This document shows, piece by piece, positions 25,268 through 38,830 of a DNA stretch of 64,000 bases. Source of the DNA: Octopus sinensis (Eukaryota); assembly GCF_006345805.1 (NCBI RefSeq), contig NC_042997.1, forward strand, positions 85,250,001 through 85,314,000. Direction: 5' to 3'. Made by a program: the position numbers and the translations under genes. Positions within the stretch are counted from its first letter, which is position 1, and every line of letters begins with the position of its first letter. Below the pieces are notes generated by a model, which saw only the letters and a list, made by a program, of their open reading frames with translations, had not been told where the DNA came from and ran no database searches.

Positions 25268-25650
25268 CTAGTAGTAATGGTAAGACAACAAAAGAATGAA
25301 TGGACTCGATGTTAATCAATAGAGGAATATATAGTATTATATATGTGACGATTATTCGGTTGCCAAAATAAAACTCCGATTTCGGTTGTCGGGGCGTAAA
25401 ACTGCTCCGGCATCTCATCACTTATCGAGGCAACAAAAATCAAATCAAAAAATGCTCTTCTTTTGATTTGATTTTTGTTGCCTCGTTAACTGATGAGATG
25501 CCGGAGCAGTTTTACGCCCCGACAACCGAAACTCGGAGTTTTATTTTGGCAACCGAATAATCGTCACATATTATAATACATATATATTCCTCTATTGATA
25601 TAACATCGAGGTCTCATTCATTCTTTTGTTGTCTTACCATTACTACTAGT
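25267..25650. repeat. Near-perfect palindrome, arms about 185-190 bp with a 10-nt spacer, between (TA)n tracts
   Basis: 25267-25450 is the reverse complement of 25461-25650 with a few indels and substitutions. Confidence 0.9.
25480..25550 (+). ncRNA. Type-I hammerhead ribozyme; mirrored degenerate copy at 25362-25431 (-)
   Basis: GCC..TAA-CTGATGA-stem II (8 of 11 pairs)-GAAA-CTC(G)GAG-T-T-TTA..GGC; GUU triplet; stem I with internal loop. Confidence 0.7.
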
Positions 25651-25660
25651 ATATATATAT

Positions 25661-26090
25661 AAGAACATTCAGAACCGGAGATAAGGAAACCATGATGGTC
25701 CTCTGGCGGACATTCGTCCTCAGCCGCCTGGATTACTGCTCACAGCTATAGTCACCCACCAGTGTGAAATTAACAGCAGACCTTGAAGCAATCCATAGAA
25801 GATTCACAAAGAAGATCGTCTCTTTGCAACAGCTCAGCAACTGGGAAAGGTTAAAATAGCTAAAACGCTACTCCCTGGAAAGAAGACGGGAGAGGTATGC
25901 AATAATATATATCTGGAAGGAATTGTGCCAAATTTTGCATTGAAAGCTACAACAATGCCAGAACGGGACGACGCTGCATATTGCCCAAAATCCCAGCAAC
26001 GCCATCGCGCTTCAGGATCAGTTACTGTAACAGCCTGGGTCTCAAGGGCCCACAGCTTTTTATTATTCTCCCAAAGAGTCTGACGAACCT
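25661..26090 (+). mobile_element. CR1-type LINE ORF2 C-terminal fragment
   Basis: TFRTGDKETMMVLWRTFVLSRLDYCSQL..LEAIHRRFTKKI..YSLERRRERYAIIYIWK..CNSLGLKGPQLF with stops and frameshifts. Confidence 0.8.
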
Positions 26091-26305
26091 ATATCTTTTC
26101 TTTATCTTTTACTTGTTTCAGTCATTTGACTGCGGCCATGCTGGAGCACCGCCTTTAGTCGACCAAATCGACCCCGGGACTTATTCTTTGTAAGCCCAGT
26201 ACTTATTCTATCAGTCTCTTTCGCCGAACCGCTAAGTTACGGAAACATAAACACACCAGCATCGGCTGTCAAGCGATGCTAGGGGGACAAACACATACAC
26301 ACAAG

Positions 26306-26344
<39 letters not shown>

Positions 26345-26530
26345 TATATATATATATATATATATATACGACGGGCTTCTTTCAGTTTCCGTCTACCAAA
26401 TCCACCCACAAGGCTTTGGTCGGCCCGAGGCTATAGTAGAAGACACTTGCCCAAGGTGCTACGCAGTGGGACTGAACCCGGAACCATGTGGTTGGTAAGC
26501 AAGCTACTTACCACACAGCCACATGGCCTC
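26090..26530 (-). mobile_element. Family-B SINE (tRNA-like head, internal microsatellite, GCTCCAGCATGGCCGCAGTC tail)
   Basis: Matches the copies at 35440-36040 and 50630-51365. Confidence 0.85.
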
Positions 26531-26609
26531 ATGGAGCTAATAAGCGGACAGCTTTTCTTTATTATTTTTTATAAGAATGCCATATTATATTATTTATATA
26601 TGGCGATAA

Positions 26610-26661
<52 letters not shown>

Positions 26662-26666
26662 TATAT

Positions 26667-27400
26667 CCTTTCGTGGTCGATAAATTAAGTACCAGTTACG
26701 CACTGGGGTCGATATAATCGACTTAATACCTTTGTCTGTCCTTGTTTGTCCTCTCTATGTTTAGCCCCTTGTGGGCAATAAAGAAATAAGAATCGTTAGC
26801 ACGCCTGATGAAAATGCTTAGCAGTATTCCTTTACGGTCCTGAGGTCAATTTTGCCTTACATCCTCCTTGGGGTCGATGAAATATGTACCAGTCGAGCTC
26901 TGGGGTTGATGTCATCGACTCCTCTCCTCCCTCAAATTGCTAGCTTTGTGCCAAAATTTGAAACCAATATATTTACTTACATGAAGGCAGCGACTGGGCA
27001 AAATGCTTAGTTGTGTTTCATCCGTTCGCACATTTTGAGTTCAACTTCCACCGAGATCGACTTTGTCTCTCATCCTTTCGGGTCGATTAAATAAGTACCA
27101 TTTGAGCACTGGAATCGATGTAATTGACTATTCCCCTCCCACAAAATTTCAGGCCTTGTGCCTATAGTAGAAAGGATTATTATAGCAATAGTAAAAGCGG
27201 CAAGCTGGCAGAATCGTTAGCATACCTGGTAAAAATGATTAGCGCGCATTACTTTACGGCTCTGAGTTCAAATTCCACCGAGGTCAACTTGATCTTTCAT
27301 CCTATTAGGGTCGATAAAATAAGTATCGGTTGAGCACTGAGGTTGATATATTCAACTTCTCCCTCCTCTCAAAATTGCTGCCTTCAGCCAAAATTAGAAA
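26667..27400 (+). mobile_element. Four stacked family-A SINE copies
   Basis: Repeated core; junction AAAGAAATAAG|AATCGTTAG at about 26790. Confidence 0.8.
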
Positions 27401-27884
27401 TGGTTATTATTGTAATACTACATATAATCTCTTCGTTATTTTTTAACTCTATGGTTAGTGTTTAACTCTATGGTTGACATTTTCGCCCAACGGTAATAAA
27501 CATAAATAAATGTAGCTATAAAAATGTATGATTAACACCTTTCGTTACTGCAAAAATATTTGATTGTGTATGAAACATAACATAAAATAGTGATCGTCAA
27601 ATGATCATTAAATTTCAAATTACAAACTAATGAATTTAAAGAAAGGTAATTAAATAAACTTCATGTAGCCTTAAGGAACAATCTAAGGTAAGATCCTTAA
27701 CAGAGGCAACTGAAAGATTGCCTGCAGGCAGAAAAGAAAGTCATGACCTTGCAACACCGGAAATAGCAAGAAACTACCTCGGTACAATTATATAAAACTT
27801 GACAAGATGTTTATAACGAATTTCTTGACGTGTGACCAGAGGTGATTGGAAATTTTAATTGTTTGCTAATAAAATGTATTTGTA

Positions 27885-27896
27885 ATAATAATAATA

Positions 27897-27973
<77 letters not shown>
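27885..27973. repeat. (TAA)n array
   Basis: Direct reading. Confidence 0.95.
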
Positions 27974-27974
<1 letters not shown>

Positions 27975-29488
27975 TACCCTGTTGTCTTAAAAAGAGGAAA
28001 TATATCTAGATGAAGTCCAATATATATTATATCTTAAATATGGGTACCCTGTATAGTTACGTGCTGCCCTTTGGCAAAATATAGCACTCGTTCAGCAACC
28101 TTGCCAAGGATACGGCAGATACACGGGATTGCAGCATTGAGCTCAACTGAGTCAATGGTGCTTCTTACATTGATGCTGAGCAGAGGAAGCCTAGAAGATC
28201 AATAGTCAGGATCACCAAACTTTAGCAAGAGAGTAACTGTAACGCATCCATAAGAGTGACATGCATGGTTGCGTAATCAGCTAATGAAAAGTACATTATG
28301 ACTCAAGCTTACAATTCAAAAACATCACAACGGAATTGAATGGCGACAGCGTGATGAGAATCCGTGAAAGCAGCGAAAAAAATACAAAGACAGGATTGTC
28401 ACGGCTTAAACATCTTTGATCACAGGTCTGCTTAATCAGTATTGGCCAGGTTTAAAGTGAAACTACTCGTCTCCCAGTCAGGAAGCTTTCTACTTGGTCG
28501 ATCAACCTGCTACAATTAGCAACTAAATTTCACATGATTCACTCCCTACTCTCCTAGACTTGCTAAGTGTAAAGGAAACAAGTTGGTCATAGCTGGAACG
28601 CTTTTTATAATAGATCTGTTCTGTCACAACTTACTTGCAGTTAAACACCAGCAGCAACAACGAAACAGAAACAACTGTTAACAACAACAGTGACAGTAGT
28701 TCCACACTTTCTTTCGCACTTTTGCAAAATTAAAAGAAGAAACAAAAAATGAAAGAAAACCAAAAGAAGAAACTGATGATGTCTGAATATCAGAATTTCT
28801 AAAACCAAAAAAGATAGGAAAAATATCTAGTGCCATTTCGATGTAGGAAACAAAATGGCTTGCACTTCATGGTTGTAGCATCCAATTGATTTAACAACTG
28901 TCCTTGGTCATGCTTGGCCGATACATTGATACAGCGATTACACAGTATTGGTTAAATGGATAAGGTGCTTACACCTATCTATTACATGACACTGGCTAAA
29001 ATCTACAGATTTTTTCTATAATACAGTATAGCAACTGATTTTATATGGCAATAAAAATAAAATAAATATGTTTTATAGAAAATACAACAAAATACCAAAC
29101 ACACTTGCCTCTGGGTTTGTCTTAATCTCAAGAGGCAGGAACTTAATACGCAACCAATAAATGTTACCGATAAACACTTAGGCCATTTATTCTTCACTTC
29201 AGTCGAAACGGTATCTCTTGAAAATTATACAAGACTAGACAGGAAAAACAACCAAACAAGATAAATTGCATAAAAATATCAGTTAAAGTGCTTGCCGATG
29301 GTTTTTTTGGGGCGGGTTTTACATTTGAGACTTGTCATTCTAAGAGCAAGTATTTATATATCTGTGTGTGTGTACTTGCAAAGTAAAATCTACACACACA
29401 CAAACACTTACATATATAAATTATATCTAGCATATATAGATACGTATTTTTTCGTGTGTGTGTGTACAAACACATACAAATACATATA

Positions 29489-29524
<36 letters not shown>

Positions 29525-29562
29525 TACAGTGTGTACGTGTGTGGGTGTGGGTGTGCATGCGT

Positions 29563-29604
<42 letters not shown>

Positions 29605-30739
29605 CTGTGTCTGTGTTGTATAAATTCGTCTCCATACATACAAAATCTTTTTTAAATCTCAGATGTTTATAAGATAACCAAATTATTTACGAAACACAAT
29701 ATACATTGACTCTTAAAAATATTCGCAAAATAAACAATGCTATAAGGCTATATTTATTGTCTTTTTGTGTTATTTATTTATTTATTTTTACTGAAAATAA
29801 TGAGTGTGTGTTGTGAAAGGAAGAGAAAGTAATATTCATGCGTTTCCCGAAACCATCATCTGCGTAAGAGAACGGAAATGAAACCGAGTCTCGGCATTAA
29901 TCTTCCAATCTTTCAGTCGTTTCAGCGATCTGCTCCAAGTTAGCTACATAGAAGGCGTAGGTATGTTTTTATTGCACATGTTTAAATAAGCGACAAATAA
30001 GGATCTCCGTCGGTTTCGACGATGAGTATTGAATTGCTCGATCAGCAAAAACTCTCTGGTCATTGCTATTTGAATTAACTCGTAAGTGGCCGAATATTCC
30101 ACAAAGAGATGTACTCTTAAGGTAGTCCTCTTGCATAATCAGCGTGGTACAGAGTGTAACGAGGTCAGTCTCTTGGATTACAGCTGCCAGAATGCTTCCG
30201 TCTGCCCAATTTCTCTTACAGCGCCAAAAGTGTTACACAACGGAATCAAACCCAGGAACAATTTAACTATTTGGCTCCATATTAATTTATTATGGCTGGA
30301 TTATATTCCTGTGCTACAAGAACGCGCAAGCGCATGCACACACACACACGCACACGCACGCATCTTAGAGCTCAAGCCGACAAGAAAGCCTCTAAGTAGT
30401 CGCTCAACATGCTAGAAAAAACAAACAAATTCATTTCAAAGCGTCTTTAATATAAACGAATACTCTGAACAATATAGTCCTAAATATATATATATATGTT
30501 AATACACACGCGCGCATATATGTGAGTGGAGAGAGAGAGAGAGAGAGAGAGAAACGTAGGCATGCTGTGTGGTAAGAAGCTTGCTTCCCAGTCACATGGT
30601 TCCGGGTTCAGTCTCACTGCTTAGCACCCTTGGGTAACTGTCTTTTACTATAAAGAAGCCAGTCGTATATATATATATATATATATATCATTATATGTAT
30701 ATATTTATGTGTGTGTGTCTGTGTCTGCCCGCCCCACAT

Positions 30740-30839
30740 NNNNNNNNNNNNNNNNNNNNNNNNNNNNNNNNNNNNNNNNNNNNNNNNNNNNNNNNNNNNN
30801 NNNNNNNNNNNNNNNNNNNNNNNNNNNNNNNNNNNNNNN
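30740..30839. other. Assembly gap (100 N)
   Basis: Direct reading. Confidence 0.99.
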
Positions 30840-31190
30840 GAAGAAAAATAATAACCTATCGAACGGTGAACGTGGCGACACGGAAAATAGAAACAGCAGC
30901 CGTGGAAGAAATAGAGAAGTGTTTGAAAGACGTTATGGAAGTGACGACTTTCTATAATAGAGGAAGAAAATTTGGCACGGTGGAGGTACGCTTCGTTAAT
31001 GAGAAGAACTCTACCGTGGCCTTGAAATCGGCATTGTGGGCACTCTTTCCGCCTTACTGTGACAGAGGCGCAGCCAGAGTGAGAATAGGGAGAGTGCCAC
31101 CCGAAATTAACGAGGACTGGCTTGTGGCAGCCATCTTCTACAATACAGAGGAGAGGGTGGAAATGTTAAAAATGTCCAAGACAGCGGAGG
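30840..31190 (+). mobile_element. Probable Tx1/L1-type LINE ORF1 N-terminal fragment
   Basis: Open frame RKIITYRTVN..GRKFGTVEVRF..AARVRIGRVPPEINEDWLVAAI..; resembles the RRM-like region of L1/Tx1 ORF1 proteins; truncated by the gap and a (CA)-rich tract. Confidence 0.5.
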
Positions 31191-31342
31191 TACGCACAAC
31201 TACACGCACATACACACACACAGACACACGCACACACACATGCATGCGCACGCACAGGTACGCACATATACCTCCACACAAACAACCCCACGTATACACA
31301 CACACAAACACACATACACACACGTACAGACACGCACACATA

Positions 31343-31378
<36 letters not shown>

Positions 31379-31489
31379 CACATAAACACACGCACCACAC
31401 ACACAACCTCACGTACACACACACACACATATATATGCATATACACACATACGCACACACGCATATACACACGCACACACATACACTGA

Positions 31490-33050
31490 ACTACTATCCT
31501 ATCTATCCTATTAATAGACTAAACGCGTTGTTAAAAATCTTAAAGAATGAAAACATAAGTTCTTACGAAAAAGAGAATGAATAAAGTTTTAAGCATGGAG
31601 ATTGGAGTTTCAAAAGAACAGATACAGGTAGTCCAGTTTAAAGACTCAGGTAGTGGTGTTCCAACGGCCGTTTCAGGAGGTACAGTAATCTATAGATTTG
31701 AAGATATTCCAATCCAAATATTAGATACTGCCTCTTTCGTCATGGAGAATACACTATTTAGGATTCACATTTCATACAGTGTTACAATGACCAAATGAGT
31801 TTTGATTTTATAGAGAAGTATATATATTAACAGGAAGAGAAAATGTTATAGCAGGAACTGTGAGAAGTGGAATTTAGAAAATATTGTAGATTATAAGCGG
31901 GTAATTATTGATTAAGGTGAAGTTGCAGGGTGGCATGAATATAAATATTAGGTGGAATGTAGTTAATTATAAAATTGAATGATCAATGTATTCTGATTAT
32001 TCTAAATATTTAAATGTTGAACGGTATCTATAGTTACAAGAATACATACCGAGGACTAATTTAATAATGTAGAGTCATATTGACGGAGAATATTCATAGA
32101 CTCTTTAATACATAATTTACATACACGCGTAATTTTATTGTACGGAGGGGATTCTGCTATTATAGACCAAGACAATAAATATTGTATATTCTTTAGCTTA
32201 ATTTCGTGTATATATGTGGCTAACGTTGAAGAGAATTTATATTTTAAGTTAGTGAAAGAATTCAAGTGGGCCCTGTGGTGACGTTTAAAATTAATTGTAC
32301 TTCCTATGTAAACTCTTACCCTCTGTGTGGCAAAGGGTATTCACAGAACACGTAGAAACTATATTTCTGCGTAAACAAGATCCGGCAAGATTCGGGATGC
32401 GACAATTACATGTTTTTCTTCCCGCATTAGCATTAATATTCTGATTTATTGGGGTCAAATCAGCCTCAACCGGCAGGGGTGGCCTGGCTTTATATTTTCA
32501 TTAGAATTAGTGTCAGTTTTGAATTATGGGTTCCAATATAAGGATTTGGGCGGGTAGATTTCTTAAATCTAAGTTTGGATCTATTATTGGAAGCTATAAT
32601 CGATCCTAAGTTCGGCGTAGAAGAGTGCCGCAGTTTCACATAGGATTTGTTGAAGATAGGATAGCATTTATGATGCTTTGGGAAAATTTCGTTTAAGATT
32701 TTAGAGAATAATTTCGGTAACGATTTAACTTGAACAGAGAAGGGTGAGGCAAACCATATAATGTTCATAACAACTCTAAGGAAATCAATAGCATGGATTA
32801 CATCTTTGTTCAATCTGATAAAACGGGAAACCTCTATAAGTTCACCAAGAGCTACTATTTAGAACTGCTGGAAAAGGAAATTCATAAAAACTACAAGATC
32901 ACCGGTATGAATACACTCAGGCAGGCTAACCTAGAAGCTAAAAGAATTATGGAATCCTATGGATTACAGATGAAGACAGAACCATTGAATCCCAGGCAAT
33001 AATTTCGGTAACAATTTAACTTGAACAGAGAAGGGTGAGGCGAACCACAT
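31490..33050 (-). mobile_element. Rearranged Penelope-like element: RT C-terminus, GIY-YIG and 3' end on (-), RT N-terminal piece on (+) at about 32770-33000
   Basis: (-) NIIWFASPFS..FPKHHKCYPIFNK..HSSTPNLGSIIASNN, KTCNCR..RVYIGSTINFK..WSIIAESPPYNKITRVCKLCIKE; (+) YIFVQSDKTGNLYK..EIHKNYK. Confidence 0.8.
31656..31754 (-). ncRNA. Hammerhead-like motif with long stem II and a C3A core change
   Basis: GTG..TCC-ATGACGA-A-GAGG CAGTA TCTA..TAGA TACTG CCTC-CT-GAAA-CGGCCG-T-T-GGA..CAC. Confidence 0.55.
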
Positions 33051-33906
33051 GATTTCCCGTTTCAGATTCTAATAGTTGGGAAATAAGCTTCTTACCACAC
33101 AGCCATGCCTGTACCGATTTTTTTTTTCTTTTTGCAAGGGAAGATTTATCTCTCATTCTCATAACTGATCGACAACGGATATCTAAAAACATGCACACCC
33201 GCCTTATGGATTCTCGATTATTCCTATTCGCGAAAAGAAATGCTTTGAACCGGGGAAGATAATAAATCTGCATACAATCCCACACAGGGCAGTTAGATGC
33301 TCAGAGGCCCCATGGGTCTAGGGGACTCAGTTTTAATGTATGCCTGTGGTGGCCTGCTGTCAACAAATAAATTCTATAGCGTCACATGCATTGATTTGCC
33401 CTTGGGGCCTAAAATGCTGCTAAAACAGTCCAGTATGCTATGTTAAGAATAAATCTATCACGGTATGAAATGAACACCTAGATATAGTAAAAACACAAAG
33501 CAGGAACATGGGTGAGTCCAGCGTTCAACTGCCAATACATTATCTCAGCCGCCCCTTTTATAACAATACACGTATTAATTTAGCTGTGTTTGTGGGTTGT
33601 ATAGTTAGAACGGAAGATGCAATTTACTTTCCTCTTGTAAAACAATACATATGTTATAGTTTACATGTATGTTTGTATGTATTTACAAACTAAATACAGA
33701 AAAATAAATAAATAAAAAATTATGGGCGTGCACGTACATAGATGTACGAGTATACATTCATACGTATGTAGAAGAAATACGAGAGTGATTGGTGCCTGCT
33801 AGTCTCAGATTTAGTTGAGATCTAGTGGAGGTCACATTTCAAACCGACCCACCTCCCTCAACAATACGAATCCAAATTTTAAAAAAAAGCCAGAAATCAA
33901 ATGATG

Positions 33907-33909
33907 ATG

Positions 33910-33945
<36 letters not shown>

Positions 33946-33953
33946 TAATAATA

Positions 33954-34013
<60 letters not shown>

Positions 34014-34084
34014 CGAGAAGCAACTTTAAAGTTCAATATATCGAATAATTTCTTTTAATTGTTGCTTTTGGTGTAATTTGTTAT

Positions 34085-34116
<32 letters not shown>

Positions 34117-34160
34117 GCGACGACGATGATGACGACGACGACGACTGTGGTGGTGGTGGG
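33907..34160. repeat. (TAA)n array and (GAT)n(GAC)n(GGT)n compound triplet repeat
   Basis: Direct reading. Confidence 0.9.
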
Positions 34161-34514
34161 TTGGTATTAGTGGTTGGTGGAAGAGTCGGTCGACACATCG
34201 CGCAAACTGAGCTGAACTGGTAGCAACGGCGGTGGGAATTAAGCGAAATCCGAGTGGTTATAATTACTGTCTAAGTTGACAGTTAAGGTTTCAGGAGACA
34301 ATCGACTTGAAGATCCCAATTTCCTATGTGTGTGTGTATGTACGTGTGTAAGTATGTATGTATATATGCGAAAGTATGTATGTTTGTATGTACGTATGTA
34401 TGTATGCATATATGTATGTATCTGTAAGTATGTATGTGTCTGTATGTATGCCTGCCTGCATGCATGTATGTATGCGTGTATGTATGTACGTACGTACGTA
34501 TGTATGTATGTATG

Positions 34515-34545
<31 letters not shown>

Positions 34546-35115
34546 GTATATATAAGTATGTAAGCATGCATGTACGTATATATAAGTATGTAAGCATGCA
34601 TGTATTTATATATAAGTATGTAAGTATGCATGTATATATATATATAGGTATGTAAGCATGCATGTATGTATATATAAGTATGCGTGTGTCTGTTATATGT
34701 TCATGTATGTTTATCATATCAAAAAGTTGACAGTCTACACTGGGCCTTGCTGTGAGTTAGACTGATCAAGACTATCGTTAATAACCCAGCACGGGGCAAA
34801 ACGCAGAATAGAAAATCTGTAGTATATCAGCTCTTGGTACAATTAAACATATGTATCTACTCTTCCCATGTATTGAGTTCTATATCAGATAACATTTGAA
34901 CTGTATAAAATATGATTTTAATTGACTTTACAAATCTTACATTACGATGTACGCATATGGATGTATACCAATATCGTAATATAAGTATTGTAAAGTATAT
35001 ATTGAGCAATGTATAAATAAATATACGCGTATGCGTATATATATATATACATATATGTATACTTATATATATATATATATATATATATAGATATATATAT
35101 ATATATATATATAAT

Positions 35116-35247
<132 letters not shown>

Positions 35248-35274
35248 TATACAATATATATATATATATTATGA

Positions 35275-35400
35275 TATGTAGAAAAATACAAACTGAGACA
35301 AGAACGCATAAAAACTTAGAAGACGATACAACAAACACAGACAGGACATTCGAAGCCCTCAGTCTTCAGTCAAGAACCGATCATCGTAGTAATTTCGGGC
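35275..35400 (-). mobile_element. Family-C PLE-type terminus, short copy between (TA)n tracts
   Basis: Homologous to 43141-43265. Confidence 0.55.
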
Positions 35401-35439
35401 TGATATATATATATATATAATCAGAGGGTATAAAAGTGT

Positions 35440-36040
35440 AGGAGTAGCTGTGTGGTAAGAAGCTTGCTTCCCAACCAAATGGTTTCGAGTGCAGACCCAC
35501 TGTGTGTCATATTGGGCAAGAGCCTTTTACTATAGCCTAGGGCCGACCAAAGCTTTGTGAGTGGATTTGGTGCGCGGAAACCGAAAAAAAACCCGTCTGG
35601 TGTGTGTGTGTGTGTGCGTGTGTGTATGTGTGTGTGTGTGCGTGTGTGTATGTGTGTGTGTGTGTGCGCGCGCACGTGTGTGTGTGTGCGCGCGCACGTG
35701 TGTGTGTGTGCGCGCGCACGTGTGTGTGCTTGTGTGTGTGTGGTGTGTTTGTGTGTGTGTGTGTGTGTGTCTGTGTGTCTGAGTGTGTGTGTGTGTGTGT
35801 CTGTGTGTCTGTGTGTGTGTACGTATGTATTTGTGTGTCAGTGTTTCTCTCCCCACCATTGCTTGACAACCGATTTTGGAGCGTTTACATCCACGTAACT
35901 TAGCTGTTTGGCAAAAGAAGCCGATAGAATAAGTACTGGGCTTACAAAAAATAAGTCCTGGTGTTGATTTGCTTGACTAAAGGCAGTGCTCCAGCATGGC
36001 CGCACTCAAATGACTGAAACAAATAAAAGAATAAAAGAAT
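35440..36040 (+). mobile_element. Family-B SINE with an expanded internal (GT)/(GC) microsatellite
   Basis: TGTGGTAAGAAGCTTGCTTCCCAACC head; GCTCCAGCATGGCCGCACTCAAATGACTGAAAC tail. Confidence 0.85.
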
Positions 36041-36061
36041 AAGATATATATATATATGTGT

Positions 36062-36089
<28 letters not shown>

Positions 36090-36098
<9 letters not shown>

Positions 36099-38830
36099 CA
36101 ATTCGAAAACACAGAGGAAAAGCAAAAACAAACAAATGATTTGACGTGGCACAAGCAACAAGCAATGTAATAATAAGATGCTCAGAGAAAGAAAAGAGTA
36201 GAAGTTTTACATTTAGAGCATAGCTCTACTTCGGAAACAAGAAGAAATAGGAAAATCAAAGACGAAGGAGAAAAAACATTCGCCAACAATCACGTAAGTG
36301 ACCGAAATTAGGAATGAAGAGAAAATGCTTTCTGAAACAGGAGAGTGTGAAAATGGTCGGTATGCATGAGCGCGTGTGTAGGTGGTAGCGTGTAGTAGCG
36401 TGTGGTGTGTGTGGTAGCGTATGTATTTCTGGTACTGTGTGTGGCAGTAACTGCCAGTGTGCGCAGTAACTGCGTGTGTGCGTGTGTATATAGTAGCGTG
36501 TATGTGTAAAGTATTAACTGTGTGTGTGCGTAGTGTCTGTGTGTGTGCGTAGTGTCTGTGTGTGTGCGTGTAGGATCTGTGTGCATGTGTGTGTGTGTTA
36601 ATGTTGTTCTGAGAGATCAGCAACTATAGTGACAGGTGCGTGAATGGGTGGGTGTGGCAGTGCGTGTGTGTGAGTGTTTGCGCGTGTGCATAGATGGAAG
36701 GGTCAATAGTGGGTCAGAGGCAGCCAGAAGAGGGTGTGAGAATAGGTGAATGTGGCTGTAGTGGGGTAAGAAGGAGTGTGTGGGGATGCATTGGTATAAC
36801 CAAGTTTGGGGGTATTGTGTGTGCAGGCGTGTGTGTGAATGTGTGTATGTGCGTGTGCATGTCTGTGTGTGCGTGTGTGAGAGAGCGCGTGCGTGTGTGA
36901 AGGTGCGCGTGCGTATGTGTGCATGTGTATGTGTGTGTGTTGTGTGGTGTGTATGTACGTGTGTGTGAGTGTGTGTGGTGTGTGGTGTGTATGTACGTGT
37001 GTGCGTGTGTGTGAGTATGTATGGTGTGTGTGGTGTGTGGTACAAGAATATAAAGAGTAAGAAATGATACGAATAAACACTGAAAAATACAATTTACGAA
37101 AAGCAGAAATAATACAATACATAATAAAATTAACAAATAATAATAAAAAATAATAAAAACTGAAAAATGAAAATTACTAATAATAAAAATGAAAAGGATT
37201 AAGTGAATAAATCAGTATTAGAAAGGAATTCGGTAACAGAAATAGGATCAGTAACAAATAAAAATTATTAAAAATTATTAGAAAATGTTTTTAGATTATT
37301 CAATTATTATTAAAAAATTATTTTAAAATTATTTTGAAAATTATGAAAAATAATAAAGCAAAAATATAGGAATAGAAAATGAATAAAAAAGGGGATAAAA
37401 AGAATGAATAAAAATATTTTAAAAAGTATAGTATGTGGGGAAAGTCACTGAGAGGAGGGGATTGTGTTGAGTCTGAAACAAGTTTAGCTACGTAGGAAGA
37501 AAATGTAACGCTGTTGCAGGTGGAGTCTAGAGTTGGTAGATCCACGGTGTAGGGCAAAGCCGAAGACGGTGATATCTGAGGTAGAGTGGTCTGCCAGAGA
37601 AACTGACTTGCGATAGCGGTGTTCTTTCGTAAACGAACATCTCGTAGGTGTTTGGTGAATCTGTCGGATAGCTAGCGGCCCGTCTGACCAACGTAAAGTT
37701 GTAATAAATGATGCAGTAAATGAGGCTTGAAGAAGTGAAGGAGGAGTTCCTAATGTAGATGTGTGCTGGTTGGATCCAGCAAGGGAGGTGGTGTGGATGA
37801 TGAAAGGTGTGGCAACGGGGCCTGGAGCAAGGAAAGTATCCGGCTTGGGTTGGAATGGAGGGTGAAGGGAACTACGAATCAGTAGATTGCGTAGGTTACA
37901 GGCGCATTTGAAGGAGGGAAAGGGTAGGTTGGGGAAAATAGGGGTAGGATCTTGCTGGAGGCCCGCATGATCTTCCGACGAAGTGATAGGTTGGAGGGTG
38001 GAAAAGGAGGGGAAAGGGAATGCGGTTGAGGATCAGTGTGAGGAAGGAGGGGGTGGTAGTGCAATCGATTAGACGAGCACGGGTAAGGGTAGTTTGGACA
38101 AAGATGGAATGGTATCCGCAACGCATGAAGAAGAGGGCCAGGTATTGGGACTGAGTTTCGAAATTCTGGTCCCGGCTGCAAAGGTGTCGGAGGCGGAGGA
38201 ACTGGGAGTAGGGGATGGCCCATTTGATGTGGGAAGGATAGGAGGAGGAATAAGTTGAGGTAGTGGTGCGAGTATGTGGGTTTAAATAAGGCGGAGGTGG
38301 TGAGAGAGTGTGAGAGGAGCGCAATAGAGAGAGAGATATCGAGGAAGTTTATGGAAGTAGCAAAGATGGTAGAAGTGAATTGGAGAAAAGGGTTGAAGTT
38401 AGAAACGAAAGAGATGAAATTGGAGAATTGTTCGCGGGAGAGGGAGGTAGCACATATAGAAGTCGGTCCGGGGAACTGTGAGAATCTTGGGCCTCACCGT
38501 AACCAACAAATAAGTTGGCAAAATTGGGGTTTATTCTCGTTCCCATAGCGACGCCAGATCTGGTAAATCTCTTTTGCGAACGTAAAGCAATTGAGGGTGG
38601 GAACGAGTCCTGCTGGGTTGAGAAGGGTGGAAGTGATGGGCGTGGGTTAGGGGCGAAGGTTGAGGAAGTATTGGAGGGCTAGGAGGCCGTCATTGTAGGG
38701 GATCACAGTGTACAGGAATTTTATGTCCATGGTGAAAAGGAGGCACTAAGGGAAGGAGAAGAATTAAAGAGGTGAAGGACGTGATTAGTGTCATGGATAT
38801 GAGACGGAAGGTCGAGACATTTGGAGATAT
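36090..38830 (-). mobile_element. Decayed Penelope-like element (partial RT, GIY-YIG, CA-rich 3' region, terminal repeat)
   Basis: TMDIKFLYTVIP, MGTRINPNFANLFVGY, LYVGQTGR.LSDRFTKHLRD; the YIDD segment is deleted; degenerate hammerhead-like end near 36200-36240. Confidence 0.85.

Noticed and set aside
27640-27885. Possible LINE 3' end upstream of the (TAA)n array
   Set aside because: The translation is too degraded to assign
30695-31489. 264-aa ORF as a single gene
   Set aside because: It spans the N gap and a CA-rich tract; only 30840-31190 is real coding-like sequence
33285-33433. Possible hAT-type MITE (CAGGGC..GGCCCC termini)
   Set aside because: Terminal match is weak and no 8-bp TSD is present
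34540-34690. Roughly 28-bp minisatellite TAAGTATGTAAGCATGCATGTA..
   Set aside because: Derived from the adjacent (TATG)n by slippage; no sign of function
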